Assembly (NCBI GenBank): GCA_977030845.1
Contig: OZ365112.1
Coordinates: 21,390,001-21,454,000 of the forward strand
DNA length: 64,000 bases
Source: Fimbriosthenelais zetlandica
Taxonomy: Eukaryota
Reading direction: 5' to 3'
In this document: positions 23,622-38,415 of the stretch, one piece after another
How positions within the stretch are numbered: the stretch's first letter is position 1
Layout of the letters: each line of letters opens with the position of its first letter
Notes under the pieces: model-generated
The model's input: the letters and a program-made list of their open reading frames with translations, nothing else
What the model was told of the DNA's origin: nothing
The model's database searches: none
Program-made: the position numbers and the translations under genes

Positions 23622-26600
23622 AAAAATCCTCCTAAAAAGTGTATCTGTCTCTCTGGTATACAGATGCTGTGAAAATAAATGAGACCACCTCATTATTAGA
23701 AGATTACACGTTTCTTGGTATATATTCATGTACAATATTAAGGGATCACTCGCCAGCCTATCAACTACTGCTTCTATGTGAATAATGATCAACAACTGTG
23801 CAGCTTTAGATGATAAGTCGAAAAGACATAGCCATGAGGTGGTGTAGGCGTGGTCAGGTTACTGATATGAGCTCTTATCTTGGGCTATAGGTGTGGAGGA
23901 TGGGATCTCTGTACATGATTGAGCACTATCTCTATAGTGGTATATACACGAACATCAGCCCATATCATCAGTCCAGATTGCTTTAATATCAACGATAAAG
24001 CTCCCTCACTACAGTCATAATCTTTCCTTTAGTAAATGAACTGTTCAAGCTATTATCCATGTCAGTATGTTTGATAAATTATATGAGATTTCTTCTCATA
24101 TTCTTTCAGCCTGGTGAGACATGTCATCTCCAGAATAGAAGTGATAAGAATAGTTGGATGTTGTTTTCTCAGTCTCTACATGTACAATGTCCAGTTCTGT
24201 ATAGCATAGGAAATAATCAATAATATAGGGGGCTTAAAGGGCCCTTTCATATGGGACGAAACTCTAGGCATATTGGATATCAAAGATTAGAAATAATGCC
24301 TAGGTTTTGTGTATGTTGAATGATAACATGTTGGGCGACTGAACTATAGGTAGGAAATCTAAGACCTTAAACGCAGCTACCCACCCAGGAACAACACGCA
24401 AACCAGCCAGAGTCCTTCTATTGTGGCGAGCTTTGATTACTGTAATTACATATACATTTAAACCCCAGCAAGGCATCACTGTCACAAAATGACCGAGACA
24501 ACATGATGGATGGGTGAAAGAAGTCCAAGAGGGGATATGTGAGTTTTTGAATAACCAAAATACAAGGGGCGTGAAGGTTGGAGGAAGTACTGCATGTTGG
24601 AGGGGCTGTAAGCATGTGTTAGGATCAAATTATTCCCTCAGTAAACCTTTATAATGGCAATTTCCATTCATTACTGGGGTAAGTGATATCCTACCAATTT
24701 ACTGCCTACCTCCCACATATCTTCAACTGTAACTGGTGGGTAATGATATAGTCGGAGTAAAAACCAGTTGAAATTGATGCAGGTGTAATGCGGATCATGT
24801 GTACAAAGCTCTATAGATGGCGGCATTTGCTCTTCTCTAAGCAAATAAGTGACTTCTTGTTGTCTACACACAATGCCTGTTGTCCAAGTTTCAATCTGCA
24901 TCGATCAAAGAATGCAAAAACGTCCACTCCAGTTCAACTTTATTATAGGGTATGGTCTCCAACAATAGTAAAGCATAAGAAAGCAGAAAGGGGTGAGATA
25001 CTGCTATGGGTTCCAGTATTTTGCATTGAAGTGAAATTGAAGTACAAATGTGATCTTTAGATTTGCTTCGATATATTTCATACTGTTTGGCTATCGATAT
25101 GCGTCCAGAAATGCCTTAAACTTACGATATTTTGTGATGGAAGAAAATGTATCTCATGGCTTGCTCAATACAGTTCATCAGCCATGTCAACCATTGCCCA
25201 ACATGGTTGAGTTGAGGGGGTAGATTCTTGAAATAACACACTATATTCAACACAGGGTGTGTGAATTGAGAATTACCACCATCAATTTGGTTTCCAATCT
25301 ATCCATCAATTCTTATCCCCTGGTTGTCTCCCCTCGCTAACCTCTTCATTTCTTCCCTGCCTGTGAAGCCACTCCCACTTGAGTGACTTTATCCGCGCGG
25401 TATCGAAGCCACCTCCATCTCCAGGGCCAGCAACCACGCCTCCTCCAAGCTGGAGAAAAGTACTCTACAGACCTTTATACCCTACAGTTATACTCCTTGA
25501 CGGGCGCGTCAACCAACAACCACAATGCATCAATCAATGATAGTGGTTTTATGAACATTCATGAAATGTGTTTACAGGTTTCATAACGTTCATTGTTATG
25601 AAATTAGCAGAGTTAAATTCTCATACATTAAGGATGGCTGAATCGGCCGATAAAGTAATTCTGAGCGTGTAACTATAAAGGGATGATAAGAGCATTGGTA
25701 AACTACAATGCTAAATTAAATCTCAAGCAAATGCACATACCACTTAAAGTGCTTTGTCGTAGAGTGTGTCAGTAATCCAGTTAAGTGGGTGGTCTTGGTA
25801 CTGAGTTTTATCATAATTAGTTGATATACAGTCAACTATTTTACTGACTAAAGTACCCATACCTGACAAGGGTTTATCATAAGCAGTAAACCATATTACT
25901 ACAAACCCCTAAAATAGCTATAAATGTAAAGACGAAAAGACTTCCCATCTGCTCATGGGCGCACCAACTTCGTGGCTGTGCATCGATGGGATTGCATGAT
26001 TGAACATATTCGCTCCCAATTAGCCACAGATAATTAACATTCAATATAAATGAGCTGATCCCCAATTCAGATGACAACGAGGAATAAATCTCAGATTCCA
26101 TCATTTTGACAATCAAGGGACCTCACATTTGAGTGCAATATAGGTGTCAGGCAGGAAAAGTGTTACCATGTATTTCCATGCCTGAGCGATATTACGATGA
26201 ACTTACATTATCATGGCTTCACGGATGCTATTTATCAACGGTGTATTGCATTGACTCGCCACCATATTAAACTGGAATGGGCACTTCATCACGGGATGGT
26301 GCAATACATAATATATGAAATACATTACTCCTCTCATTATAATAGAGAAGTTTGTACTTCACGTTCTGATCGACCCATGGGAAGCACCAAGTGTTCCAGT
26401 CATTCATGCAATATTCCATTGATTTTATTTATAGAAAATGATACATTTTAAGTGCAAGGGGTGCGGAATAAATGCCCCCTCACCCCATGAAGAGATAACC
26501 CATCATTAGGGTGCTAAAGCACAATTACTTCTGGCAGATACATCCACTCAGGACATGGCAGATGCCATCATAATATAATTCGACAAACTGCAGGTTATCT

Positions 26601-28984
26601 GAATTAAATAGAGGCGAGTGAATAACACTTCTCATCGAGTGTCACAACCTCTCGCCCGGCCACAGCTAGGGTAATTCATTTTGGTATGTCTTGAATGCAG
26701 GCTGAGTCATTGCTGATAGACTCCATGGTCCGCCAAGCTACATGCTGCTAGCTCCGTAATAGCTGTTTCGGTAGCATCTATCTTGAGTGGCAGATTCTTT
26801 GCATCTATGTGAATATTTCTTATTTTCAGACCGGATCATCAATGATATTCTCTCCTACTCACAATAAGATGCAATGAAAAATATCAATGTTGTAAGATAC
26901 CAGACTTGCCAGATCAATTCTCACCATTCCGTGAGTACAGCTCAGATTTCCCCCATTATTCTCAGGCATGTGCAATGTATCCACAATGGAGGTAGAGGCA
27001 TGCAGTAAATCATAATGTACAGGGATGTATGCAACAACGTCTGATCGAGATTTTCACTTTAAGAAGGTCGGATGGAGTGGCCAAATGTTAAAATAGGCTT
27101 TTACATGTATCTCTGGCAATAAAGTAACCAGCGAAAGAGCAAGCCCCCGATGCGGATTATAATGACAGGTGGTATCAATCTATAGCAATGACAGTACAGA
27201 GAGGAGCTGGCTTCACCATATGTAAGATGTTGGAAGTGTTCCTTCTGTAGCTCTATTCCACATAGGAGATGGGCAATGATAGTGCATATATACATAGATG
27301 ACTTTCTACGGTAATGTGACATAATCTCTCACTCATCTCATGTGAATTTAACACGAGGCAATCAGTGGAGTGTTACATGAGTAAGTGGTGAGCCACGTTG
27401 CCTGCCGATCAATCCACTAAATGAGCATTCACGGTGTTAAACTATTTCATTGATCTGTCCCTCGAGTAAATATAGGAATAATTTAATCCTGCAAAATAGA
27501 TAAAAGCCTATAGGATATTCCTTGTTTAATTTGCCATGAGGACCACCCAAGGAATGGATTAATACTTGATAATTTCCAATGATTTACTTTAATAATGAAA
27601 TTGGATGTGATCAAAGTAAAAATCGTAATGTATGGCCACACATGTTTAGATTGGTCCTATATATCAGAGAATTTGGTCATGCCAGGTAGAGGAACAAAAT
27701 ATCTAAGGGGCATTGGTTTACCAGTGTATAAAGGGGAAGCTTAATTCAAGGAGTTTCAATGTCAATAATTGCTATGGGATTGACAAGCTGTCACTTAAAA
27801 ACCCTCAATTACTGAACGTGTGTTAAACGTGCTGAGGACTGAGATGGGTTTCAGTCATCACTGGCCTTTGTTGATCTACACTGGTGATATACCCTCTGGG
27901 AAATCACTTCAATTATCAATATATTTCAACTTTCTCGGCAATCACTTGATGTTCAAAGCTATCGCAAGACTTTAGAGCAATTGACTCGGCACTTTGACTA
28001 TTCACGTCAATAGTGAATTTATAATGATATGCTTAGTGTCAATGTCCCCCTTGTGATCCTGCTTTTAGCTCATGGGATTCTTAACTATATATCTCCCATA
28101 GGAGTTGGGGAAAACTAAATTACCCCTCGCCACATCAAACGGTGGATACACACAGCCATCCCCCTGACTCTGAGGTAAAGTATTTGATGCCCAGTTGAAT
28201 TGAGACTCTAAATTATACCGTTCTCAAACACTGCTTCCCAATCTCTGCTAACTTTGACCATGAGGTTTGGTCACTTTGTGTGGGGACCGTGGCCAATCCG
28301 CCGGCTGCCTTCCCTCACCCTTCATGCCTATCGTGTCCACCACCCAGCTTTATTTGCCTTTTTGATTGGGGGGTGATCATCTACCAGGCAACACTGTTTG
28401 AATTGTAAACAGAGGATAACTTGCATCGGATTTCCCTCATTTTCCTGGGAACATCATTAGGTTAAGTTTTCCACGTATCTTTCCACTGATATTTATTTAA
28501 CAAATTCGCAATCAACAGATAAGAACCCTGATTACTAATTGTGGATATAATAAATGCATATCTTGAAGAGATTATCTTCTTATGAGTTTTTGAAGTGCGT
28601 CAGTATGACCTCTAGAAGGAGTCAAGAACAGGAGGTGGACTGAAGGAACACGGCTATAGTTAGATGTACTATAGGTGGTGGGGCCACATCTCAGACGACA
28701 CCCAGAGAGGAGAGAGGACACCCCTATCTAACGCCCCGCCTCCACAACTCTCCACCAAAATCCTCTGCCCTCCAGCAATCCTGTCCTATCACTTTCCCCA
28801 CCTGCCTGTAAGAGAGCAAGCCTGATGCACTCATCTGCGGTTAAATGCTTGACTTCATGCTCTCTCCTTTGGTGGCAGCTTTGTTGATTAAAATTGAATT
28901 CATTAATAATAATTAATAACAGATGATTACGCACGCTTTGCCTGGGGCTGCTTTCCCCAAGCTGCTGAGTAGTTTCATCCACTG

Positions 28985-29070
28985 CCGACCAATCAGATCG
29001 CGCCATTTCCGTGGGCCCGTATGACAGCTGCGAGCTAGCTCCGCACTCAATCAGGCACTAGCCAATCAGA
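28985..29070 (+). promoter_or_regulatory. Candidate Gbx proximal promoter (NF-Y/YY1/ETS-type motifs)
   Basis: GACCAATCAG (CCAAT 28989-93), CGCCATTTCCG 29001-11, TCAATCAG 29047-54, GCCAATCAGA (CCAAT 29062-66) in a CpG-rich stretch about 1.2 kb upstream of the Gbx ATG. Confidence 0.5.
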
Positions 29071-29573
29071 GCTCGTTGCGGCTACCCCGTGACTGGGTTT
29101 TGCCATGTTCTGACAGTTTGGAGCACTCAGTCGAGCGTAATGCGAAGAAGATGAATGAGTCTAGAGGGAACTCCCACCAATTTAAGCAGGCCTGATAACA
29201 TCGGCGATCATGCGTTCTCCGACAGCTCTTGTTAAAAGGCAAACATCTCCTTTCCGCGCTGGCCGCCGGATGAGGGCGCACGACTCACCAGGAATCAAGC
29301 AGACAACTTTTGAGCTCTGACTTGTCCACAGATCAACTCAGATGAGCAAAACACTTCACTTTGGAGAAAGCTGACTCCAATGATATCGGAGATATTCATA
29401 TGTATCTACATAGAGTGGTGAATTCAATCAGGAACTTTCAGGATCACTCAGTCACTTTTAAGAGAGACATATTTCATGAATGGTTGTTGCTTAACCTTTC
29501 AGTGAAGATATAATAATCATCTTGAAAGTAACACCGGGAAAGAAACTAATCCTTCAAGTAAATTTGCAGACCA

Positions 29574-29709
29574 GCTTCAGATCCCAAAGTGAGCGACTTA
29601 CTAAATACATTAGTTATACTTTAGCCTCCGCTTCAGATCCTAAAGTGAGCGACTACTTTAGTTCATACTTTTGCCTGCAGCCCAGCTTCAGATCCCAGAG
29701 TGGGAGACT
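29574..29709. repeat. Degenerate ~55-56 bp tandem repeat (2.5 units) with conserved 25-nt core GCTTCAGATCC(C/T)A(A/G)AGTG(A/G)G(C/A)GACT
   Basis: Cores start at 29574, 29630 and 29685. Confidence 0.85.
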
Positions 29710-30266
29710 AGTACTACTACAGATCACATCGGTTCTGTCGGCGTCCTATTCTGATTTGGGATGAAGAGGAGGAGGAGGGTGAAGTAGGAGACGCAGCAGC
29801 AGCAGCCGAGCAGCAGACGCGCCCGTCTATACCCAGCATCGTCAGTAAACACATGAGAGGTTGATGTATCAGTGACACGACCAACCTGGGCCAGATGGGC
29901 AGATAGGCCCTCAGGGATCCTATTGTTTCTTGCCTTCTCTCTTCCTCAGTCTCTCTCTATCTGGTATCATCGTCGGAACTTCACACACTTTAGTGCTGTA
30001 TTTGAAACATTCAAAGTGAACCTGTGTGACGTTCAATACTTTGAATGAGACAACACAGTGAGATCTTGTGACTTTTTATTGGAACAGACATTTGTAGTTA
30101 CCCAAAGTAGGGTCATATGCCCCTGGAAGGAAAAGGCTTATTCAACATACAATTTGGTGGGATTTGCCACCAATTTGGCATATAGACGCCGACACCAGCC
30201 AATGCATGGGAATAATTTAATTGAATTTTCCTTTGCATGTGGCAGTATATAAAACAAGGAGACACA

Positions 30267-31074
30267 ATGATGCACCGAGCAGGATTTTCCTCTGCTTTCA
30301 GCATTGACTCCATCATTGGATCCCACTCTCAGCAGCCTACTAGGATGGGACCAGTGGTGTATAATGGGTATGTGCTGGTACCTGGAGCACCAACAGGGGC
30401 ACCTACCGTTACCCCTCCCCCGGCTCACACCCACTGCCATCCCGGCTCCTCTTCTTCATCTCTCGGTATGGTTCCCCCATCCCCCGTGTCCCTCACCTCT
30501 CCACCTTTGTCCCATGCCCACCACCATCACCTGTTGTCCGGCCTGACGGCTCCTCCACACACCTTCTCTGTACATACCTCCAGTGTGGGCCCGGGCATCC
30601 ACAGCCATGCAGGTGGACTCACTATTCCAGGCTATCCTGGATCATTAGGAAGCCCCTCCAGTCTGTACCATGGAGGAGGTGCTGGTTTTAACAATGGAAG
30701 CCATTCACAAACTGATCACTCTATTACAACTTCCTCACCAAGTTCCAATCATTCACATCATTCTCCCTCCTCCTCCACACATCAGGAAAGTACAACAGGG
30801 ATGAGAGGTTTCCAGCCAGTTCACCCCTCATCACATAACTCCCGTCATGGTTTATCACCCAGTCATCTCCCTTTATCATCTACACGCAAGTTTCAGTCTG
30901 AGGGAGGAGGGTTCGGCAGTAGTGAGGGAGGGGATGGATCCCGGGCCAGCCCTCGGCTCTCCCCGCGTGGATCTCCCGCCAATTCTGACACCACATACCC
31001 AGCCTCCAGAAGCCCCATCACCGACCTCAGGCATGGACTAGAAAAGAGACTTTCAGGCGACCGATCACAAGCAG
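30267..31074 (+). CDS. Gbx: Gbx (gastrulation brain homeobox / unplugged) exon 1
   Basis: Starts MMHRAGFSSAFSIDSIIGS (eh1/Groucho-binding motif as at the vertebrate Gbx N-terminus), then a Pro/His/Ser-rich region; donor CAG|GTAATT, phase 1. Confidence 0.9.
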
Positions 31075-34000
31075 GTAATTGTAAACCTCATTTGACTTTT
31101 ATCATTAAAAATGTGTTATGATAGGTTATCATATGACACATCTACAGCTAAAAATAACAAGTGAGTCAACGATAAGGTCATTGTGATAAAATCACCCTTA
31201 GAACAATTACTTCATGAACAAGCTGCCCTATAAATGGACATGCTTAATACATTGTGACAAGTCTCTGAAACATAATTGTTAAATTCCAAAACCCTGTCTG
31301 CTGCTATCTTTACTACAATTAAATATGTACGCACTGGCATAATTTTATCGTGTAAAGTGATATATTGTCATTGGGCCCCCGGACGGTAAAACAAACTGTG
31401 CTCTATAGGGATGATAAACGAACATTACACCCCATCAAAGTTAGCCTGACTGCCGGCATGAGTTAGGTACACTGATTACATGGTCAATTACAGCCTCAAA
31501 CTGTGAACTTATCTCTCAACCACTCGCCAATTCACATTCAAACTTTACTTCAAAGGGCGTCATCAAATTTCTTAAGATTCTCTTTTTAATATAGATTCCT
31601 TTCACATGTTGTTCAGCACCCAAGAACATGTTCCACATTAGAAGAAAATGCAATCAGTTTTTTTTAGTTTTAGTTCAAATTGAAAGGATATTTTTAAGCA
31701 GTCGCCCGAAAATTCCTATACTATACAGGGATATAATGTGCATGGTTTTAAATATTATATGGCTTGGCACATGTACAAACTTGGACCTAATATGGTTTTA
31801 GATTCGAGAATAATCACAACCAGTCTTTTGATGATTATGCCATGGAACTACATGTACTTGACATGCATAGCATATCCATGCAGACAGAAGCCAACCATTC
31901 CATGAGTTGAAGCCAAGAAGAGGGAGAAGGAAAATAATACGTTGATATTGGTATCAACAAGATAAAACCATCCTCTCAGGCCAAGCTTCATATTAGGTCT
32001 GATAGAAAAACAGCTCCCCCTGCTACACGGATCATTGGCAGTTAACAGCCCCGGGTCTCAACAAATCCTAGTCAAGCACTTAATTCAATTAAAGCTGCAT
32101 GATGAGCCGCTAAGTCAAACGATCATTGCAAACAAGGGCCATCTGCACGAGGGATCGTCTGGCAGAACTCTCACGATTAGCTGAACATGGTGAAAGCCTA
32201 GACTAGCATCATGCCTCTCCCAATGTGATATTTCACTCCACATTCGGTGTGCTCTTTCTCTCTAATCTTTCGTCTCTAAATAACGTCATATCGCCAGCAA
32301 TGTATATCACATTTTTTCTTAATATTTCTATTCATTATTATCCAAATTGTTCATGTAATAATGACTAATCCTGTCACTAAAATGTAATGCTGCCACCGGC
32401 AAACGTCCCTCATTTAATTGTAATGAGACTTGGTTTTAAAAAAAATCGCTGCAGACATGAGTGAGGCAGCTATATACCGGTGGATATCAAGAATCATAAT
32501 ACAAGTCTACAGTGGGATGATGGATGTGACCAAATTATTGTTGTGACGTTCCATTACCCATGTAATGTTATAGTTGAGACTGTATTTGTAGCCTATGAGA
32601 GGTCGGGATAGTCTTATCAAGCCACGTGTGAGGTCTCTACTATCAGTACGGAGCTCGTGCTCCAGGAACAGAGAGGGAGAAATGGGTCAGGTTTGGTCTA
32701 TCCTCCAGGGCCGGTGGAGTGTGATATAATAAAGAATTATGCATTATTATTGTTGTTTACCCCCAAAATGAGATATACCCTGTCTAGACTGTCTGAGTGA
32801 CTCCCTTCATAAATTCAAAGCCTTTCATACTTTCACATCGAATGACTGACTATATATGAATGACTATGCCGCATCTATTCCTCTGTGAGTGGTATACTGG
32901 TAGAGGTATCTCTTGCATTATTTCGCTAGGGTTTCTAGAGTCATTTCTCTCTCTTTTTTTTAATAATAACAGATGGGTCCAGGTCTGGGTATCATGCACA
33001 TACTGCACCTAACCAGGATACATCACCTGGCAGGTGTGGCCCACCAAAATAAACAATTAATTGAAAGACATGATTCCAAGTTTCCTTCGCAATAAAGCGA
33101 AGGAGATTTCGTGGATCAACTGGGCTTATATCGCTGGTGGGAGTAGAGGTGTGTAGTGAGAGGGATGACCCAGACAAAGGTGTAGGGGCATGTCTCACCT
33201 GCTCCTGCCCACAGTCAACGGGCTTCAAGGCGGGTCCACAAACTGCATGCCAGCCTGGAGTTTTTACCAACGGTTTGAGTGCAAAGATAAGTACCAACCA
33301 AAGCTTGCAGAAGATAGTGCAGATTTGGCAAAAGTGGTTAATGCAAATTGTTTTAGGAAAAGGTCCAAAGGTCTTCTCCTGAACGCATGGACTATATCTT
33401 TGACATCGACTTCATATAGTCCAGATATGATTGAAAGGACATGGCAATTGTTGAAGAGTAACCGGGTATATGTTGAGTGAATTAAGCCACTGTATTGATG
33501 CTAAGCTTGTAAATTCAAAATGAGAGATGTATGACGTGAGCTCCAATTAATTGAGTCTCACTAAAAAGATTACTCTCACAAATTAATACACTCCAAAACC
33601 ACAGAGGTGCAACAAAGCTTGACCTATCATTTAGATTGACAAGCAGAATGATTTGCCTTTAAAAATGACTTACAATGGATCGGGGCCGATCCCAGGAAAC
33701 ATTAACAAACACTTTTATGGCCTAACAGGCAAGCACTGAACATGATTGCTTCTTTTGTCCCCTTAACATCATAATTGCTGGATCATTTGGATCCGCGTGC
33801 ATATGAAAAGGCTGAAAAAGTTATCCATGCCCATAAGGCATTGACATCGAGCAATGTATGGCGTTTACGATCATTTGCTGCCTGCAGGTTATATGCAATC
33901 GATTGCCTTAATTGTTCAGAGCTCGTCAAATATGTATGTCTCTGACCATCCATGCATCTCAGCATGAACAGTGTTTGACAGGCATCGGGGTAGGCAGTCC

Positions 34001-37000
34001 TTGACATATAGCCGATCATAACAAAGGCTGAACGATGATAGCAATAATAACAGGTATAAATGATGAAGGTAGGAGTCACAGTTATTGATTGACAGATGAC
34101 AGCTCTCATAATGTTTGTGTTCAGCATTAGGATCAAGGCACAGTAATCAAATTACGTGTAAAGGATAACGATAATTGGGAGTTTTGATTCAATTGTATGG
34201 GTTTTTCTATCTTGTTTGCTTTAGATTGGATGGAACCCCATTTTAATTTTAATTTACTCCAGTGAAAAGGAGAACGCGTCATGCTCTTTGGCATCTAACA
34301 ATTGTTATCTATGATCCAATCGTATAATGTATCTAGCTATACATGTATTATAGAAATGGGCAGTGGCATGACACATAACTTATGTGAATATCGTACAATA
34401 CATAATACATGTATATTGAATTACTGAAATTACATATTTTTAAAAATCCAAGGCATGCTGATTCAATGATATGAATGAATCCAATTAAAATGAATCATAT
34501 ATATGTTCCAATCATTGACCTCAGCAGCACTGTATCTAATAGTTTGAGATGGATGAGGGGGTATGACCTGAATCCTCATATAACATAATGACAATATTTC
34601 TTCACCATGAATTACTTTATGAAAATGCACTAGTTCCATCATAGAATGACAGCATCACAATGAGTATTATATTCTGACGCTGAAGTAAATGGACACCATT
34701 TACATACATGTATACGTATAAAAGTATCTAAACTTCCAATTATTGAGAGTTCAATGACAGCGTCCAAAATGCGTCAATACTGTGCAGACTCTCCGACAAA
34801 CTTCACAATAAACCTCCATTATTGATGAAGGTGCACCTTTACGTGCATAATTCACCACCAAGCACCAAAGGTATAAAGGTTGGGGTATATTTTAAGATAG
34901 AGTGTCACAATATTTTGTAGCAAACTGACAGCCATAAAAGTTTTGTATCGATTGGGCATACATCAAAATAGGCATGAAGACACTGGCAAAATATTATGAG
35001 TAAGAACGCCTAATATTCAGGCTTAAATAATAACAGGTTCATATTATAAAAAACTATTAAATGAAGATAATGGCGTGTTTTTATGTTGTGGGTATCCTTT
35101 AATATCATGGACTTTTTCTTGTCATTGCTGACTTTTGGTGAAAGAGTTGTCTTTCACCTTCAGCCCTGTGTATTGAAGAGTCAAGCTATCACAGCTGTCA
35201 ATGGCCTGGGGCATTATACCCCTCCATCAATGCCCCTCCTGATTACCCTTATATCCCCTCCTACACCTAACACCTCCATCATCCAAATCAATAAATATTA
35301 CAGCCAGAAATTACCAAAATTAGCACAAAAAACAACAAAAAGTTACTCTCACAGAGGAAAGATCTCCCGAGCTGTTTTTATCCGGGTCATTTATAACTAA
35401 TCCATTAGGGGAACATTTGGTTTCTGGTTCTGGCGGGGCTAGCGAGTTTTCTCTACCAGAAATTGGTTTGTCATGGTAATGACATTGAGTGGGTGAGAGG
35501 AACATGTCGAGGTGGAGGGGGAAGTTCATCAAAAAGCAATAAATTAGGCGAGTGACATGTGCATGCTCCCGCGTTTGCCATCAGTGAGGTTGGGGGCTGC
35601 CCGGTAGAGTGAAGTCAAACAGCAGGGTCGGCATATAGGCCACACATCTCACCCTCAATAAGGCTTCACTCTATAATCATGCTCACATCATACCATTTAT
35701 GTATCTGTTTTATATCAGTTGTTTTAACTTTATTCAAAGAAATAGATCTAATATGGACAACCTCCTTTTGAAATATATGTGAACTTCAAACGCTGCCCTT
35801 GCCTTTGAACAGGCAAAAAGAACCAAGCAAGTTAGGGCGCAAGTAATATATTTTTATAAGGCCACACTTCTATGTCTCAGACTAAAGTTTAGAGTGTTGA
35901 AGCACATAACGTGGGGTGATCTCATGAGATAACTGATCTAATGTTAACTGTCATTATGACATTGTCTATAGAGACTCGGGGCATGTCTAGTGGTGACTTG
36001 CCGGGTGATCGGACCCCGTGTCGTCACCCTATCTCCCTCATCTCCCCCTCACCTCCATTGTTCGCCACTGATGGCCAACAATGACACTTTCCCAGGACAC
36101 TAGAGATGTGCATTTCATTGCCCTCCTCTCGCTCATTCCCTTTTCCTCCCCGACACTCAATTGTCGGCAACAGCTTTGGTTAATTGACACCGTCATAAGG
36201 TGTTGCCCGGCAGAAAAGGTTAATTCATCTCTTGGAAATTAGATTTGCAACTCTGGATGATTTCAATTCATCCGCCTGAGCACGTCGCCCGTGGGGAAAT
36301 AGTTGGGGTTCCGCCATATGTCATGAATTGCCTCTCCTTTAAAACCAATCATTGCATTTTCTTTTGTAACAATAATGTGTTACTTTTTTATGAAAAAAGA
36401 AGGGCATCCGGATACAATTGAATATATAATAGAATCAAATTCACATGGAGGCAAGATTAATATAGGATACAATCATGTTATGCCCGAAGCGACAATGATA
36501 GCTCGGATGACACTAAGTGAATGACATACTCTATCTTATAGTGAATATGATATAGATGTTATTCCTTGCCTATCAATACAAAGCCACACTGTGTATATAT
36601 AAGGAGGAAAAGTTGAAATGGCTTTGTTTCATTTTGCCTCCTGTGAGGGAGAAGGCGTGGTCAAGGATCATCAATCACTGTCACCAGGTCTGGGCAGTAG
36701 GTGGACGAGTGTGTGCACTGTGGCCAAGAGGGTGTAGTCCACCAGCCTCCAGCTGACCACACATCCCTACTGACCGACTCACTGACCATTCATGCAGTCA
36801 CGAGCGCCAGTAGAAAAGGCAATTGCTTTGGCCAATATTTTCCTGCATGCTCATAATTGCATTTTCAATTTTTGGTCAGTTTGGAGGGGGAAGGGGGGCT
36901 CTTCAATGATTTTGGAAATCACCACTATGGGGAATATGCACATTTTCATATGTGTTGTTCCTCCGCATTTCAACAAGCACCAAGCATTCTAGTTGATGAT

Positions 37001-37451
37001 AAGGTGCTATCAGGCAAGATTAGGTCTAATTTAGGACGGTGCTGTCCTAAAACCAGAGGGAGGTGTGGACTGGGAGTTGCCCCTGGTTCCTCCTCCACAT
37101 TTAACGCCTGGCAGCTCAGATAACAATACCAATAGGAGAATCAAACAAGCCATTGTGGGCCCTCAATTAACGCCTGTATTTTAATGTGGGAGTGGGAGTC
37201 GCCGGCGTCAAGGGAGAGAGGGCTGGGTCTGCGGGCCATGTCATCTAGAAGTGACCAGACCAAAACTGAGGTCCTCCCGACCTATGAATCCATCCCCTGA
37301 GGAATAGTAGGGAACAGTCCCCTCTAACTGATTTCAATGGGAATCAGTAGGACACCATTTATATCTTTAATTAGATGGGTATTCCTGGAGTCAAAACGTC
37401 AGTTAACCATCCATTCTTTGTAGCTTCCCAAAAGTTTATAAAATTCTCTAG

Positions 37452-38225
<774 letters not shown>

Positions 38226-38409
38226 CAGACCAACCCACAATGTCTGTCTGCCTCCTGAACTACATGGCTTAATCAACCCTTAACCTCCAACCACCACTCC
38301 TAATTAATGAAACCATGCAGGGTGGGGACATTCACAATGCAGATTCGCAAAACCTGCGCACTAATAGCCAACTGTAATTTATGGTACTTTTTGCGCATTG
38401 CATTTTAGG

Positions 38410-38415
38410 AATAAA
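38410..38415 (+). other. Candidate Gbx polyadenylation signal AATAAA (another at 39045-39050)
   Basis: First AATAAA after the stop codon, 185 nt downstream. Confidence 0.45.

Noticed and set aside
29574-29709. CRISPR-like look (25-nt repeats with 30-31-nt spacers)
   Set aside because: The spacers are related to each other (TAGTT.ATACTTT.GCCT), there are only three cores, no cas genes, and the context is eukaryotic; it is a degenerate tandem repeat.
30237-30266. Gbx start at the ORF-track ATG 30237, and TATATAAAA (30246-54) as the Gbx TATA box
   Set aside because: Gbx-like sequence begins at MMHR (30267). The TATA-like motif is only 13 nt before that ATG, too close to be a promoter. The pyrimidine tract plus CAG at 30243-45 looks more like a 5' UTR splice acceptor.
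31612-31620. REST/RE1 left half-site TTCAGCACC in the Gbx intron
   Set aside because: The right half (GGACAG) is absent.
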